Source: Macrostomum lignano
Taxonomy: Eukaryota
DNA length: 64,000 bases
Assembly: GCA_002269645.1 (NCBI GenBank)
Contig: NIVC01000019.1
Span: 1,488,001 to 1,552,000 of the forward strand
Direction: 5' to 3'
Within the stretch, counting starts at the first letter, position 1. Every line of letters starts with the position of its first letter. Below the pieces are notes generated by a model. It had not been told where the DNA came from. It saw nothing but the letters and a program-made list of their open reading frames with translations, and did not search any database. Made by a program: the position numbers and the translations under genes. This document shows, one piece after another, positions 12,201 through 22,223 of this stretch.

Positions 12201-15200
12201 TAATCTAGCAGCCAATATCTATTTACCTGCGACAGATCTAGCAGCCTAATCTAGCAGCCAATATCTATTTACCTGCGACAGATCTAGCAGCCTAATCTAG
12301 CAGCCAATATCTATTTACCTGCGATGTATCTAGCAGCCTAATCTAGCAGCCAATATCTATTTACCTGCGACAGATCTAGCAGCCTAATCTAGCAGCCAAT
12401 ATCTATTTACCTGCGACAGATCTAGCAGCCTAATCTAGCAGCCAATATCTATTTACCTGCGACAGATCTAGCAGCCCAATCTAGCAGCCAATATCTATTT
12501 ACCTGCGACAGATCTAGCAGCCTAATCTAGCAGCCAATATCTATTTACCTGCGACAGATCTAGCAGCCTAATCTAGCAGCCAATATCTATTTACCTGCGA
12601 CAGATCTAGCAGCCTAATCTAGCAGCCAATATCTATTTACCTGCGACAGATCTAGCAGCCTAATCTATTTACCTGCGATGGATCTAGCAGCCTAATCTAG
12701 CAGCCAATGTCCTCTATTTACCTGCGATGGATCTAGCAACATAATCTAGCAGCCAATATAGATACACCCGCTAATCTAGCAGCCAATATCCTCTATTTAC
12801 CTGCGATGGATCTAGCAACATAATCTAGCAGCCAATATAGATATACCCGCTAATCTAGCAGCCAATATAGATATACCCGCTAATCTAGCAGCCAATATAG
12901 ATATACCCGCTAATCTAGCAGCCAATATAGATGTACCCGCTAATCTAGCAGCCGCCCCTCCGCAGGACTGCTTCCACACCGCCTACGCCGACGTGGTCCC
13001 CGCCCTGGCCATGGAGACTCTGTGGGACAACCCGGCCGGCCGGCTGTCGCTCTGCGAGCTGGCCCTGGACCAGACGGCGCCGGTGCCGGAGGCTGTGCGC
13101 CAGCACCGCGAGCTCAGCCGGGCTCTCCATCTCATCCTGTCGCTTCGCCTCAGCGTCCGCCTGTTCTCGCTGTTCCCCTCTAAGCTGCTGTTTCGCTCGC
13201 TGACCTCATCGGCTACACCGTCATCTGGCGGACCGGCCTCTCAGCAGAATCAGCAGCAGCAGCCTCATCACCATCAGTCAGCTTCATCAGCCGACGCTGC
13301 CCGATCCAATTTTCTGCTGTCGGCCATGCGGGCCGCCGTTCGAATGCCGCGCGACGACTCGGCTAGCGACCAGGATGTCGAACAGAGGCTGGTTCGCGGC
13401 ATCTGCCGCCTGGCCGAGGACTGGTTCGGCGGGGCCGGCAGCGAGCCCGGCCAGATGCTGCTTGACCGGCTGCGCAGATCCCGGGTTCGCGACCTGTTCG
13501 CGATGGGCCGCGACGCCGAGGCCGAGGCGCTGATCTCCAGCGTCTCCCAGCGATTCCTGCTGGCCAGCGACCTGCTGACCGTCATCGGGGCTCGGCTGCA
13601 CCGCCTGGACAAGACAGGTGCGGAATTCCTCTGGGGCCGTCCGTGCTCTCTGGCCCCACAGTCATCTCTGGTATCACTTACCTTTAGTTGTATCCTCCGT
13701 TGAGTACTCTTCTTAGATCTCGCTGTAGGTCTAGTCACCAGTAGTTCTGATCTCAGATGATCCGTAGATCAGGCGCCTTGTCTCTTCTTTGGTTCTAATC
13801 CTGGTTCTTCTTGGACTTCCGATGAAGTTCCTTCCGGCCGGTATCTGCAGTCAGGACCAATCAGAGGCCTCTTATTAACAATGGGTACCCTGCGCCGAAC
13901 TGCGGTTCGAGTTAAGCCTCCTTCTTCTAGCAGTGCCTCTATGCACTCTAGGTATAGCTCCGGACACCACTGATAGTCTTCTAAGATCTATCAGGGGCAG
14001 TCCTTCTGAAGATTGCAACCAGTAGAGTCTAAACAGACTCAAGACTCTCAACAGACTCAACTAAACTCAAGTAACACTAGACTTGAGCGAGACGTCTCTA
14101 ACACAACGGGCGCAAATAAGGAAGGCTTACCGCAACAACTCGACCGAGTCTCGATTGACTTGGTGATCAGGAAGTCCTCCTAAGGCTTCCTCTTCGGAGC
14201 TTCTCCTATCGTCGGGAGTTGGCTCCGGGTCCGCTTCGGACCGCTTGTATTTATAGGCGAATTTGCAGTCCAAAATAGCATCATTACTATTCACGTGTTG
14301 CGCTAAAAGGGTAACAAAACTTATTGCGTATTATACAGTAACATGGTTCATTGTTAAGGTTCAGTTGCGCATGCGTGCACTTACCTACTTACAGTAGCAT
14401 CCTATGATTAACTTCTTTTACCTTTTTTACGGGAGGTAGAACACTCAACAGTACCGTTTAGAGTCGTCTGGAGTCACTTCAGTCCTATTTTACCTGTGGT
14501 ACCCGCAAAGACTCTGAAACGACCCTTAAACGTCGCAAGTGGCTCTGGGACGCTTTTTGGCCTGGGTACCTTTTTCATCTGCTGAGGCAACTCTGCCCAC
14601 TATGCTGACTCCTGAGAACATGACTACTGAGAATACTGTACGCAATAATAATAAATTGATTAAACCTGCCCTAATGGGCAGATGTGCCCAACATCTCCCA
14701 TTGGACCCAAGATCTCCCATTGACCCAAGATCTCCCATTGACCCAAGATCTCCCATTGACCCAAGATCTCCCATTGAATCCAAGATCTCCCATTGGACCC
14801 AAGATCTCCCATTGGACTCAAATCTCCTCATTGGACTTAAGATATCCCATTGGACCCAAGATCTTCCATTGACCCAAGATCTCCCATTGGACCTAAGATC
14901 TCCCATTGGACCCAAGATCTCCCATTGGACCTAAGATCTCCCATTGGACCCAAGATCTCCCATCGGACCCAAGATCTCCCATTGGACCCAAGATCTCCCA
15001 TTGAATCCAAGATCTCCCATTGGACCCAAGATCTCCCATTGGCCTAAAATTTCCTCATTGGACTTAAGATCTCCCATTGGACCCAATATCTCCTATTGGA
15101 CTCAAGATCTCCCATTGGACCCAAGATCTTCCATTGGACCCAAGATCTTCCATTGGACCCAAGATCTTCCATTGGACCCAAGATCTCCCATTGGACCCAA

Positions 15201-16160
15201 GATCTCCCATTGGACCCAAGATCTCCTCATTGGACTCAAGATCTCCTCATTGGACTCAAGATCTCCCATTGGACTCAAGATCTCCCATTGGACCCAAGAT
15301 CTCCCGCTCTCCCGGGGTCGGCGCTAATAGGCGTGAATCGGACGAAAACCGTCTAGGCTAGTTTTTGTCCACAAGCCCCAAATGAATGTGGCGGTTGACC
15401 TCTGTCTTGTCCACAGATACTAGAATAACTAGCATACTAGCCTCGTAGTAAGCTTGGTAAAACCGCTTTCTACTTTCAGTTCAGTAGCAAAGAAGAATAC
15501 ATAAGCTATTTTATAAGAATAAAGGCGGCTGAAATGACCTTGATAAGTTTAGAATCCCAAGCTTGCAGGCGTAAACAACTTCCTAATTGGTTCAGTAATA
15601 ATGTACATTGGCCAGTCCACTGAAATGTAGATGGCAGCTGTAGGCTGGAATTCCGAGAAAGGCAATAAAAATTGGGACGGGGCGGGGGTGTGGAAAGGCG
15701 CGGTTGGAGGGTTTAAGCTGGGGGTAAGAGCCCATAAATGAGCTTTGGCTTTAAAATTACATTAAAATGCTTCAGTTTAACATACTACTGAAATGAAAGT
15801 AGCTTACACGCAAATGTGCTGAGTGGCCTATCTAGTTCTTCTAGTATCTGTGGTCTTGTCTGAAAACTTTTCCCTGAAAATGCCACCCACTCTACTAAAA
15901 GTAGCCCGCATCCCGCAGGCCAGCTCTCAGTTTTGTCAATCGCTGTGCCATCCGTGTCGGCTTGGATTGAGAGCTGCGACACCGAGGACGTGTTTGCAGA
16001 GCTCGATCAGCAGCAGCAGCAGCAGCACTCGCAGGAGCAACTGGAGGCGGACATGGCCGGAATGAAACGCATAATGCGACACCTGCTAAACGATATGCGA
16101 GAAACGCAGGACGATTACAAACTGGCCCTGCAGGTCAACGATTTGCTGGCTTGCTTTTAG
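2025..16160 (+). CDS. RAB3GAP2: Rab3 GTPase-activating protein non-catalytic subunit; exons 2025-2148, 3481-3669, 3747-3816, 3905-3952, 4033-4108, 4189-4290, 5512-6012, 6314-6553, 6995-7297, 8179-8679, 9278-9546, 10274-10637, 11705-12157, 12966-13617, 15919-16160 (~1377 aa)
   Basis: All introns are GT-AG and phase-consistent. Motifs match RAB3GAP2 in order: [98 protein letters not shown]. Exon 1 and the exact start are the least certain parts. Confidence 0.93.
2553..3210. mobile_element. Degenerate MITE in RAB3GAP2 intron 1
   Basis: Inverted ends: GACTATTCATCTGCC (2577-2591) versus GGCAGATGAATAGTC (3188-3202), with subterminal GACTATTYRTCTGCC repeats. Confidence 0.55.
4340..5445 (+). repeat. 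28-bp minisatellite CAGTTGCTGGGCCAGCCTCCCAGATCCT (RAB3GAP2 intron 6)
   Basis: Tandem units with period 28, about 39 copies. Confidence 0.95.
6015..6280 (+). repeat. (GTCT)n microsatellite (RAB3GAP2 intron 7)
   Basis: Direct reading. Confidence 0.97.
6770..6945 (+). repeat. 49-bp tandem repeat, ~4 copies (RAB3GAP2 intron 8)
   Basis: AAGGACAC at 6781, 6830, 6879 and 6928. Confidence 0.85.
7385..8097 (+). repeat. 23-bp minisatellite CCCATAGAATCGGCACCAAACTG (RAB3GAP2 intron 9)
   Basis: About 30 tandem units; explains the 23-aa periodicity of the spurious ORFs here. Confidence 0.95.
8740..9226 (-). mobile_element. Repeat family X copy interrupted by a MITE right-end fragment (8885-9073)
   Basis: 8760-8880 and 9075-9215 are reverse complements of 27180-27450. 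8890-9073 matches 15690-15853, including the terminal TAGTTATTCTAGTATCTGTGG. Confidence 0.65.
9659..10180 (+). repeat. 18-bp minisatellite CTCCCATTGACCCAAGCT (intron 11)
   Basis: Direct tandem units. Confidence 0.95.
10655..11625 (+). repeat. 18/19-bp minisatellite CTCCCATTG(G)AC(C/T)CAAGAT (intron 12)
   Basis: Direct tandem units; same family as introns 11 and 14. Confidence 0.95.
12171..12952 (+). repeat. 46-bp minisatellite ATCTATTTACCTGCGACAGATCTAGCAGCCTAATCTAGCAGCCAAT grading into a 30-bp unit (intron 13)
   Basis: Period 46 from 12171; period 30 from about 12760. Confidence 0.93.
13660..14452 (-). mobile_element. Possible LTR-like fragment in intron 14
   Basis: The minus strand starts TGTTGAG and has TATAAATA (14248-14255). 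No convincing matching end or TSD was found. Confidence 0.3.
14450..14570 (-). mobile_element. Repeat family X 5' fragment
   Basis: Reverse complement TACCCAGGCCAAAAAGCGTCCCAGAG resembles 1-20 and 27058-27080. Confidence 0.5.
14694..15305 (+). repeat. Mostly 19-bp minisatellite CTCCCATTGGACCCAAGAT (intron 14)
   Basis: Direct tandem units. Confidence 0.95.
15411..15853. mobile_element. MITE, 443 bp, TIR CCACAGATACTAGAA(T/G)AACTAG, 6-bp TSD TCTTGT
   Basis: TIRs match at 21/22 positions, with an imperfect extension to ~75 bp. TCTTGT lies at 15405-15410 and 15854-15859. Confidence 0.85.
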
Positions 16161-16467
16161 TCGCTTGTTGTTCATTCCTAAGCGATTTTCGTGCCTAACT
16201 AGAGAGGTACCAGGTATAATTAAAGTGCATTGTGCACTTTTTTGTCTCGTCTAGCTTACTCTGTCATGATCCGTTTCTTATCAAGTTTAAGTTATAGTAT
16301 ACTGTCTGTTATTTTCATATTCCATGTATATCGGTATGTATAATATTATCGCTCAGCAACGGTCGCCAATATAGGAAGAAGAAATTATAAGTAACTAAAA
16401 ACACTAAAAAAGAGATTTGAAGAGCTGTGTGCGTTTATTGTCTGTGTTAACTACTACAAAACTTGCA

Positions 16468-17172
16468 ACACGGATGCTAGAATAACTGGATGTCACTCGC
16501 AATTGAAGCTGTGCAAAAGTAGAGCGTCTACTCATTTTTCAGTAATTTATCGGCGCAGTGTAACTTAAATTTAATGTGCTAGCTAAATTTGCCTTTCCTT
16601 CCTCGGGGTTTCTGGCCTCAGGAGCATATAGGGGCTGAGAATGAACAACACGCATTTAAATTGAGTGAATTACAAGTGAACGCACGACGGGCGAAACTTT
16701 GCCTAGAGGGCTAATCTAGCTCAGCCAATGAGAGAGCAGTAAGGAAAGAGTGCAGGCCCAATCTGGCTCAGCCAATGAGAGTGCAGTAAGGAGAGAGGTC
16801 AAAGTCAGACTGACGAAACCCAGCCTTGGGGGCAGGCCCAATCTAGCTCAGCCAATGAGAGAGCAGTAAGGAGAGAGGTCAAAATCTGACACAAGCGGAC
16901 AAGAGGAAAGCCTAACTGTTTATCGGCCTGGCTAGGGCTGGGGCACCACCCCTTTTCTCTCTTCTCGCTATGCACGCACTGGATTTGGGTGCAGCTTCAA
17001 GCAGGGTGAAGATGCTAATTGGGTCTGCTTTTGTAGGCCAGAGGAGGTGATTGTTGGAGGTTTTATTATTGTTTATTAACGTGCGAGCGTAAAGGCAAAT
17101 AATTATAGTTGATGAGTAGATGAGTGAATATTTACATATCTGCGAGTAGTTATCTAGCTATTCTAGTACCGG
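16468..17172. mobile_element. Older relative of the same MITE family with three internal CCAAT-containing repeats
   Basis: Ends CACGGATGCTAGAATAACTGG and CTAGCTATTCTAGTACCGG. AATCT(A/G)GCTCAGCCAATGAGAG(A/T)GCAGTAAGG occurs three times in 16712-16872. Confidence 0.5.
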
Positions 17173-17879
17173 CTTAAATGTAGGCAAGCATATTTGATTC
17201 AGTTGCCAGAGATATACACTGCTTAGTGCCCTGTTGATTGCTTAGAAACTAAATTACAATGCCTACTGACACTATGAAATACAGAGCATAGCCTGTGTTG
17301 TGTTATGCAAGAAAAAAATCTGTTTTTACTGCTGATATTTCGTGTCCATTCTTATTTTGTTCACAGCCCTCTGATGCCTCTTTTCCACAGTTGCCAGTTG
17401 TTACCGTCGATACCGCCTGGCTTTTGAATTTGTTTTTCTTTTAAGGAGATTCTGTGCGGTAGGAGATTGGGTCGATGTCAGACTTTTCTGACACCTTTGA
17501 ATGATCCGGGAGTCCAAAATCCAGTGTCTTCACCGGGTAAACTTGCTCAAGTCCGCTTGAACCAGCAAGGAGACGCGGCAGTCACAGAGAAGAAAGAGAC
17601 TTGCTACCATTCAAAGCCAAAGAGACAAAGAGCTGGCTGAATAGCTTCTTGCTACATCTCGGTGTTATGGATGGAACATTTTTTCAAGGACTACTAGACT
17701 AGACAACTATCTGCAGACAAAACAAACGTTGCGTTTTCGAGACTGTTTTTGTCAGACTTTTCAACCAATTGAGGACATCCAGGATGTAGCGAATGACTCC
17801 GTTTGGAAGGTTGCCTTATAAAAGGCTTGAGCATGAAGTGATGATGAACAAAACCTGATGCTGAGTTCCTCAACAATCA

Positions 17880-18884
17880 ATGAACGGCACAATCGGAACT
17901 GACGTCCCCTCTGCACCTGTGGCGGCCCCTTCGACGGCGCTCATCGTCGCGGATTTGTCGCTGTCCGTCATCGGAGCGTCGGTTAACATCGCCGCCATGG
18001 CGCTTGTCGCCGGCTTTGCCAGAAACCGCCGGAGCCGACGCTGCTGTTACGCTTTGCTTAGTCGTCGTTGGCTTGGCTGCAGCGACTCCCTGCTCTGCTG
18101 CTCAACGTTTTCGACCCACTCGCAGCTGCATTCGGCTCTCCTCGCCCACCTGGCACTGGCTGGTCTGCTCATCGCCCTGCTGAGCCCGGCCGTGTGGCGT
18201 CAGGCTGGCGGCGGCGCTCGTCGGCTCGCCAGCATCGCCCAGGCCGCGTCGTCGACTGCGGTGGCTGGCCTCGCCATCGAGCGGACCCTGCGGCTGCTGC
18301 AGGGCTGGGCTTGGACCAGCAGGATCGGCGGTGAACGCCTTGGGGACGCCGTCATCAAAACCGGCGCCTTGGTCTGGCTCCTTAGCGCCAGTCCGCTGCT
18401 TCTTTTGTACCCGAATACGGCGGACCAGGTGACAGCCGGACAATGCCTGCTGGTCCTCACCACCGTGACGACCTGCAACTGCCTCCTTTGTGGGCTGATT
18501 CACCGAACCAGGCGGCTGCTAGTGGTTTCTAAGCAGCTCCAGCACGACGGCCAGGAGCTTCTTCGCTTCCGGTTGTGGCGGCGGCTGAGCCTGCCGACTG
18601 ACAGACAGCGGAGCTGCGCTCAGTTGACTCTGCTGCTGCTGGTGCTGCAGTACTCAGCAAGCCGGCTGCCCCTGCTGCTGCTGGGAATTCGCCAACTGCC
18701 GGCTCTTGATGGCACTTGGTGGCTGGATGTCGAGCTGATGTCGCGCACCAGCTGCGTATTCGACCCGCTGGCCTACACGCTGCCCCTGCCGCGGTGGTGG
18801 CAGCCGGCGCTGCGGATGCGAAGGTACAGTCGGATTCGCTGCCGTTGCGGCGGCGACCGTCTGCAGACACCGCACACTGCTTGA
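17880..18884 (+). CDS. Intronless divergent class-A (rhodopsin-like) GPCR
   Basis: N-terminal NGT sequon; TM1 SVN, TM2 HLALAG, TM3 LAIER, TM4 W and TM7 DPLAY; multiple hydrophobic helices. Confidence 0.7.
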   Translation: MNGTIGTDVPSAPVAAPSTALIVADLSLSVIGASVNIAAMALVAGFARNRRSRRCCYALLSRRWLGCSDSLLCCSTFSTHSQLHSALLAHLALAGLLIALLSPAVWRQAGGGARRLASIAQAASSTAVAGLAIERTLRLLQGWAWTSRIGGERLGDAVIKTGALVWLLSASPLLLLYPNTADQVTAGQCLLVLTTVTTCNCLLCGLIHRTRRLLVVSKQLQHDGQELLRFRLWRRLSLPTDRQRSCAQLTLLLLVLQYSASRLPLLLLGIRQLPALDGTWWLDVELMSRTSCVFDPLAYTLPLPRWWQPALRMRRYSRIRCRCGGDRLQTPHTA

Positions 18885-19100
18885 TTGAGAGGCTGGAGCA
18901 GAGACTCAAACGAAATTGATCATTAGTCTTGTCTTATCAAAATATACTTGTTAGGAAAGTGTGTACTTTTAATCATGATTAGCAGTATATGTAGTCGTTT
19001 AGTCGCAACTTCAGTTTGGTGTTACATGTACAATAATTAGCCGTAAGACGAATGAATAAACGAATGAACATGCCAACGGATGGAAGACCAGCGCTGCAAC

Positions 19101-19165
19101 TGCTCACTGATGTACCAGAGGCCAGGTGTGCACACTGATGTACCAGAGGCCAGGTGTGCTCACTG
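19101..19165 (+). repeat. 28-bp satellite CTCACTGATGTACCAGAGGCCAGGTGTG, left remnant
   Basis: Two units; the array resumes at 21091. Confidence 0.9.
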
Positions 19166-19168
19166 TTG

Positions 19169-21090
19169 CCCGCTTGGCTTTTTAGTCCGGATTTTGTCCG
19201 CCATTCGTCCGCTTTTGTCCGCTTTTGGGGTCCTTTCCGGACCAAATAGGGATTTTATCCGCATTTCATCCGGATTTCACGTCCGGACCAAAATGTGGGA
19301 CAAATTCCGGGCCAAATCCGGACAAGGGGATTTCGCAAGCTACTTTTGATCCGGATCTCATCCGCAATTTGATCCGAACTTTTGACCGGCTTAGAGCGGA
19401 CGAAAAGTCGGACTTCAGTCCAGATGAAAGTAGGGCGAAAATATATTTTGTCCGGAAATTTCATCCGCTTTGTCTCCCGCCTGTTCAACCGCAATTGAGC
19501 CAGATTTCGCCGGACAAAGTTCCGGACGTAGATCGGACAAATGTTAAGATTGCTGTCTTACTTAATGTAGTCTTCAGCTGTACCCACTGTACTGTCTGTA
19601 CTGACAGACTGCTTATTCGTATAGTATTCGCACACGCTCTCGGTCACCTATGTCTGCCTCTGGCTCATTGCCCGCCCATCCGGACCACACCCCACCCAGC
19701 GCAGATGACGGCTCAGACGGCAGTGCAGGAATTGGAGTCGGGAGGTCATCTCGAAGATAATTTGCTGCTGCGTGTTTTGCAGCAGTGAGACTGATTTCTG
19801 CATTCTTTTCACTGGACCGCCTACGTACACTAGTGTATACGGAGATTGCGGCACCAGACTAGAGTACACCAGATCCGGGTATAATTAGAAGTTGTTGAGT
19901 GCACCACGTGTACAGTGTATGCAGATACTGCACAACCAGAGTAGGAATTACCAGATCGTGATTAGAACTTCATTACAAATTTGTCATGTCTTTAGTCGAT
20001 TTAGCAGCAAAGCAGCAGAAGCATCATCTACTCTTTTGTAGAATAAGATCAAATGATCAAAAGGGATCGATCGATCCAGTCTCGATAGTTTGTGTTCGTT
20101 GTCGCTTGTTGGCCTTATTGGTCTAAGTGTGCATTAAAAGTAAAGACGTACGTAAGCATTCATAACATCTTTTATAAAGTGTTCCCAGCACGTACTGGAC
20201 ATAATCATTTCTTGTGTGAACAAAAGTAATGCGTCATTGTCTGTCTTGTCAGTCTTCAATTCTTTCACTGCAGCACTTGTTAGTTTATGCTAAACGGTTG
20301 ATGCATCTGCATACGCATGGGCTGTTCGAATAAGTGGGCGCTGGAAGTCACAGCATGCAGTGGTCCAGATTTCGGTCCGCTTAGTGGTCCGGAATTGTGT
20401 GCGTCTCATTCGTCCGGATTTCGGTCCGCTTAGTGGTCCGGAATTGTGTGCGTCTCATTCGTCCGGATTTCGGTCCGCTTAGTGGTCCGGAATTGTGTGC
20501 GTCTCATTCGTCCGGATTTCGGTCCGCTTAGTGGTCCGGAATTGTGTGCGTCTCATTCGTCCGGATTTCGGTCCGCTTAGTGGTCCGGAATTGTGTGCGT
20601 CTCATTCGTCCGGATTTCGGTCCGCTTAGTGGTCCGGAATTGTGTGCGTCTCATTCGTCCGGATTTCGGTCCGCTTAGTGGTCCGGAATTGTGTGCGTCT
20701 CATTCGTCCGGATTTCGGTCCGCTTAGTGGTCCGGAATTGTGTGCGTCTCATTCGTCCGGATTTCGGTCCGCTTGGTGGTCCGGAATTGTGTGCGTCTCA
20801 TTCGTCCGGATTTCGGTCCGCTTAGTGGTCCGGAATTGTGTGCGTCTCATTCGTCCGGAATTCGTCCGGATGTTGGTCCGGTCTCTAGTCCGCAAGAATG
20901 CGGATCAACATCCGGAGAAGAAAACGGACGAATTGCAAACAGCAGAGCGGATCAAGGGGTCAAAATCTGCACTTTTCGTCCGCTTTGTAAACTTTTCATC
21001 CGCTTTTCGGATAGGAAAAAATACATTGCGAGGCGGACGAAAATCCGGATATGAAACCGGGCAAAATGTCGGATGAAAGAGCCAAGCGGG
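19169..21090. mobile_element. Non-autonomous CMC/CACTA(EnSpm)-like DNA transposon, 1922 bp
   Basis: TIR CCCGCTTGGCT(T/C)TTT...AAAGAGCCAAGCGGG, 2-bp TG duplication (19167-19168, 21091-21092), TCCGG-rich subterminal repeats and no transposase. CCC..GGG termini with a 2-bp TSD are known for animal CACTA-like elements. Confidence 0.75.
20368..20860 (+). repeat. 49-bp tandem repeat, ~10 nearly identical copies, inside the CACTA-like element
   Basis: GATTTCGGTCCGCTTAGTGGTCCGGAATTGTGTGCGTCTCATTCGTCCG, period 49. Confidence 0.95.
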
Positions 21091-22223
21091 TGTACCAGAG
21101 GCCAGGTGTGCTCACTGATGTACCAGAGGCCAGGCGTGCTCACTGATGTACCAGAGGCCAGGCCTGCTCACTGATGTACCAGAGGCCAGGCCTGCTCACT
21201 GATGTACCAGAGGCCAGGTGTGCTCACTGATGTACCAGAGGCCAGGCCTGCTCACTGATGTACCACAGAGGCCAGGTGTGCTCACTGATGTACCAGAGGC
21301 CAGGCGTGCTCACTGATGTACCAGAGGCCAGGCGTGCTCACTGATGTACCAGAGGCCAGGTGTGCTCACTGATGTACCAGAGGCCAGGCCTGCTCACTGA
21401 TGTACCACAGAGGCCAGGTGTGCTCACTGATGTACCAGAGGCCAGGTGTGCTCACTGATGTACCACAGAGGCCAGGTGTGCTCACTGATGTACCAGAGGC
21501 CAGGTGTGCTCACTGATGTACCAGAGGCCAGGTGTGTGCTCACTGATGTACCAGAGGCCAGGTGTGCTCACTGATGTACCAGAGGCCAGGTGTGTGCTCA
21601 CTGATGTACCACAGAGGCCAGGTGTGCTCACTGATGTACCAGAGGCCAGGTGTGCTCACTGATGTACCAGAGGCCAGGTGTGCTCACTGATGTACCAGAG
21701 GCCAGGTGTGCTCACTGATGTACCAGAGGCCAGGCCTGCTCACTGATGTACCACAGAGGCCAGGTGTGCTCACTGATGTACCAGAGGCCAGGCGTGCTCA
21801 CTGATGTACCAGAGGCCAGGCGTGCTCACTGATGTACCAGAGGCCAGGTGTGCTCACTGATGTACCAGAGGCCAGGCCTGCTCACTGATGTACCACAGAG
21901 GCCAGGTGTGCTCACTGATGTACCAGAGGCCAGGTGTGCTCACTGATGTACCACAGAGGCCAGGTGTGCTCACTGATGTACCAGAGGCCAGGTGTGCTCA
22001 CTGATGTACCAGAGGCCAGGTGTGTGCTCACTGATGTACCAGAGGCCAGGTGTGCTCACTGATGTACCAGAGGCCAGGTGTGTGCTCACTGATGTACCAC
22101 AGAGGCCAGGTGTGCTCACTGATGTACCAGAGGCCAGGTGTGCTCACTGATGTACCAGAGGCCAGGTGTGTGCTCACTGATGTACCAGAGGCCAGGTGTG
22201 CTCACTGATGTACCAGAGGCCAG
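21091..22223 (+). repeat. 28-bp satellite, main array (26/28/30-bp variants)
   Basis: Tandem CTCACTGATGTACC(AC)AGAGGCCAGG(TG)nC units. The variant pattern recurs at an offset of ~488 bp. Further remnant at 23783-23862. Confidence 0.95.

Noticed and set aside
4385-15361. Long repetitive ORFs in the ORF track ([27 protein letters not shown]; likewise SDSL at 50955 and IYLS at 58862-61762)
   Set aside because: They are translations of stop-free tandem repeats, open in several frames and mostly intronic.
19225-19788. ORF inside the CACTA-like element as a transposase
   Set aside because: No TnpD/DDE motifs; it mostly translates subterminal repeats.
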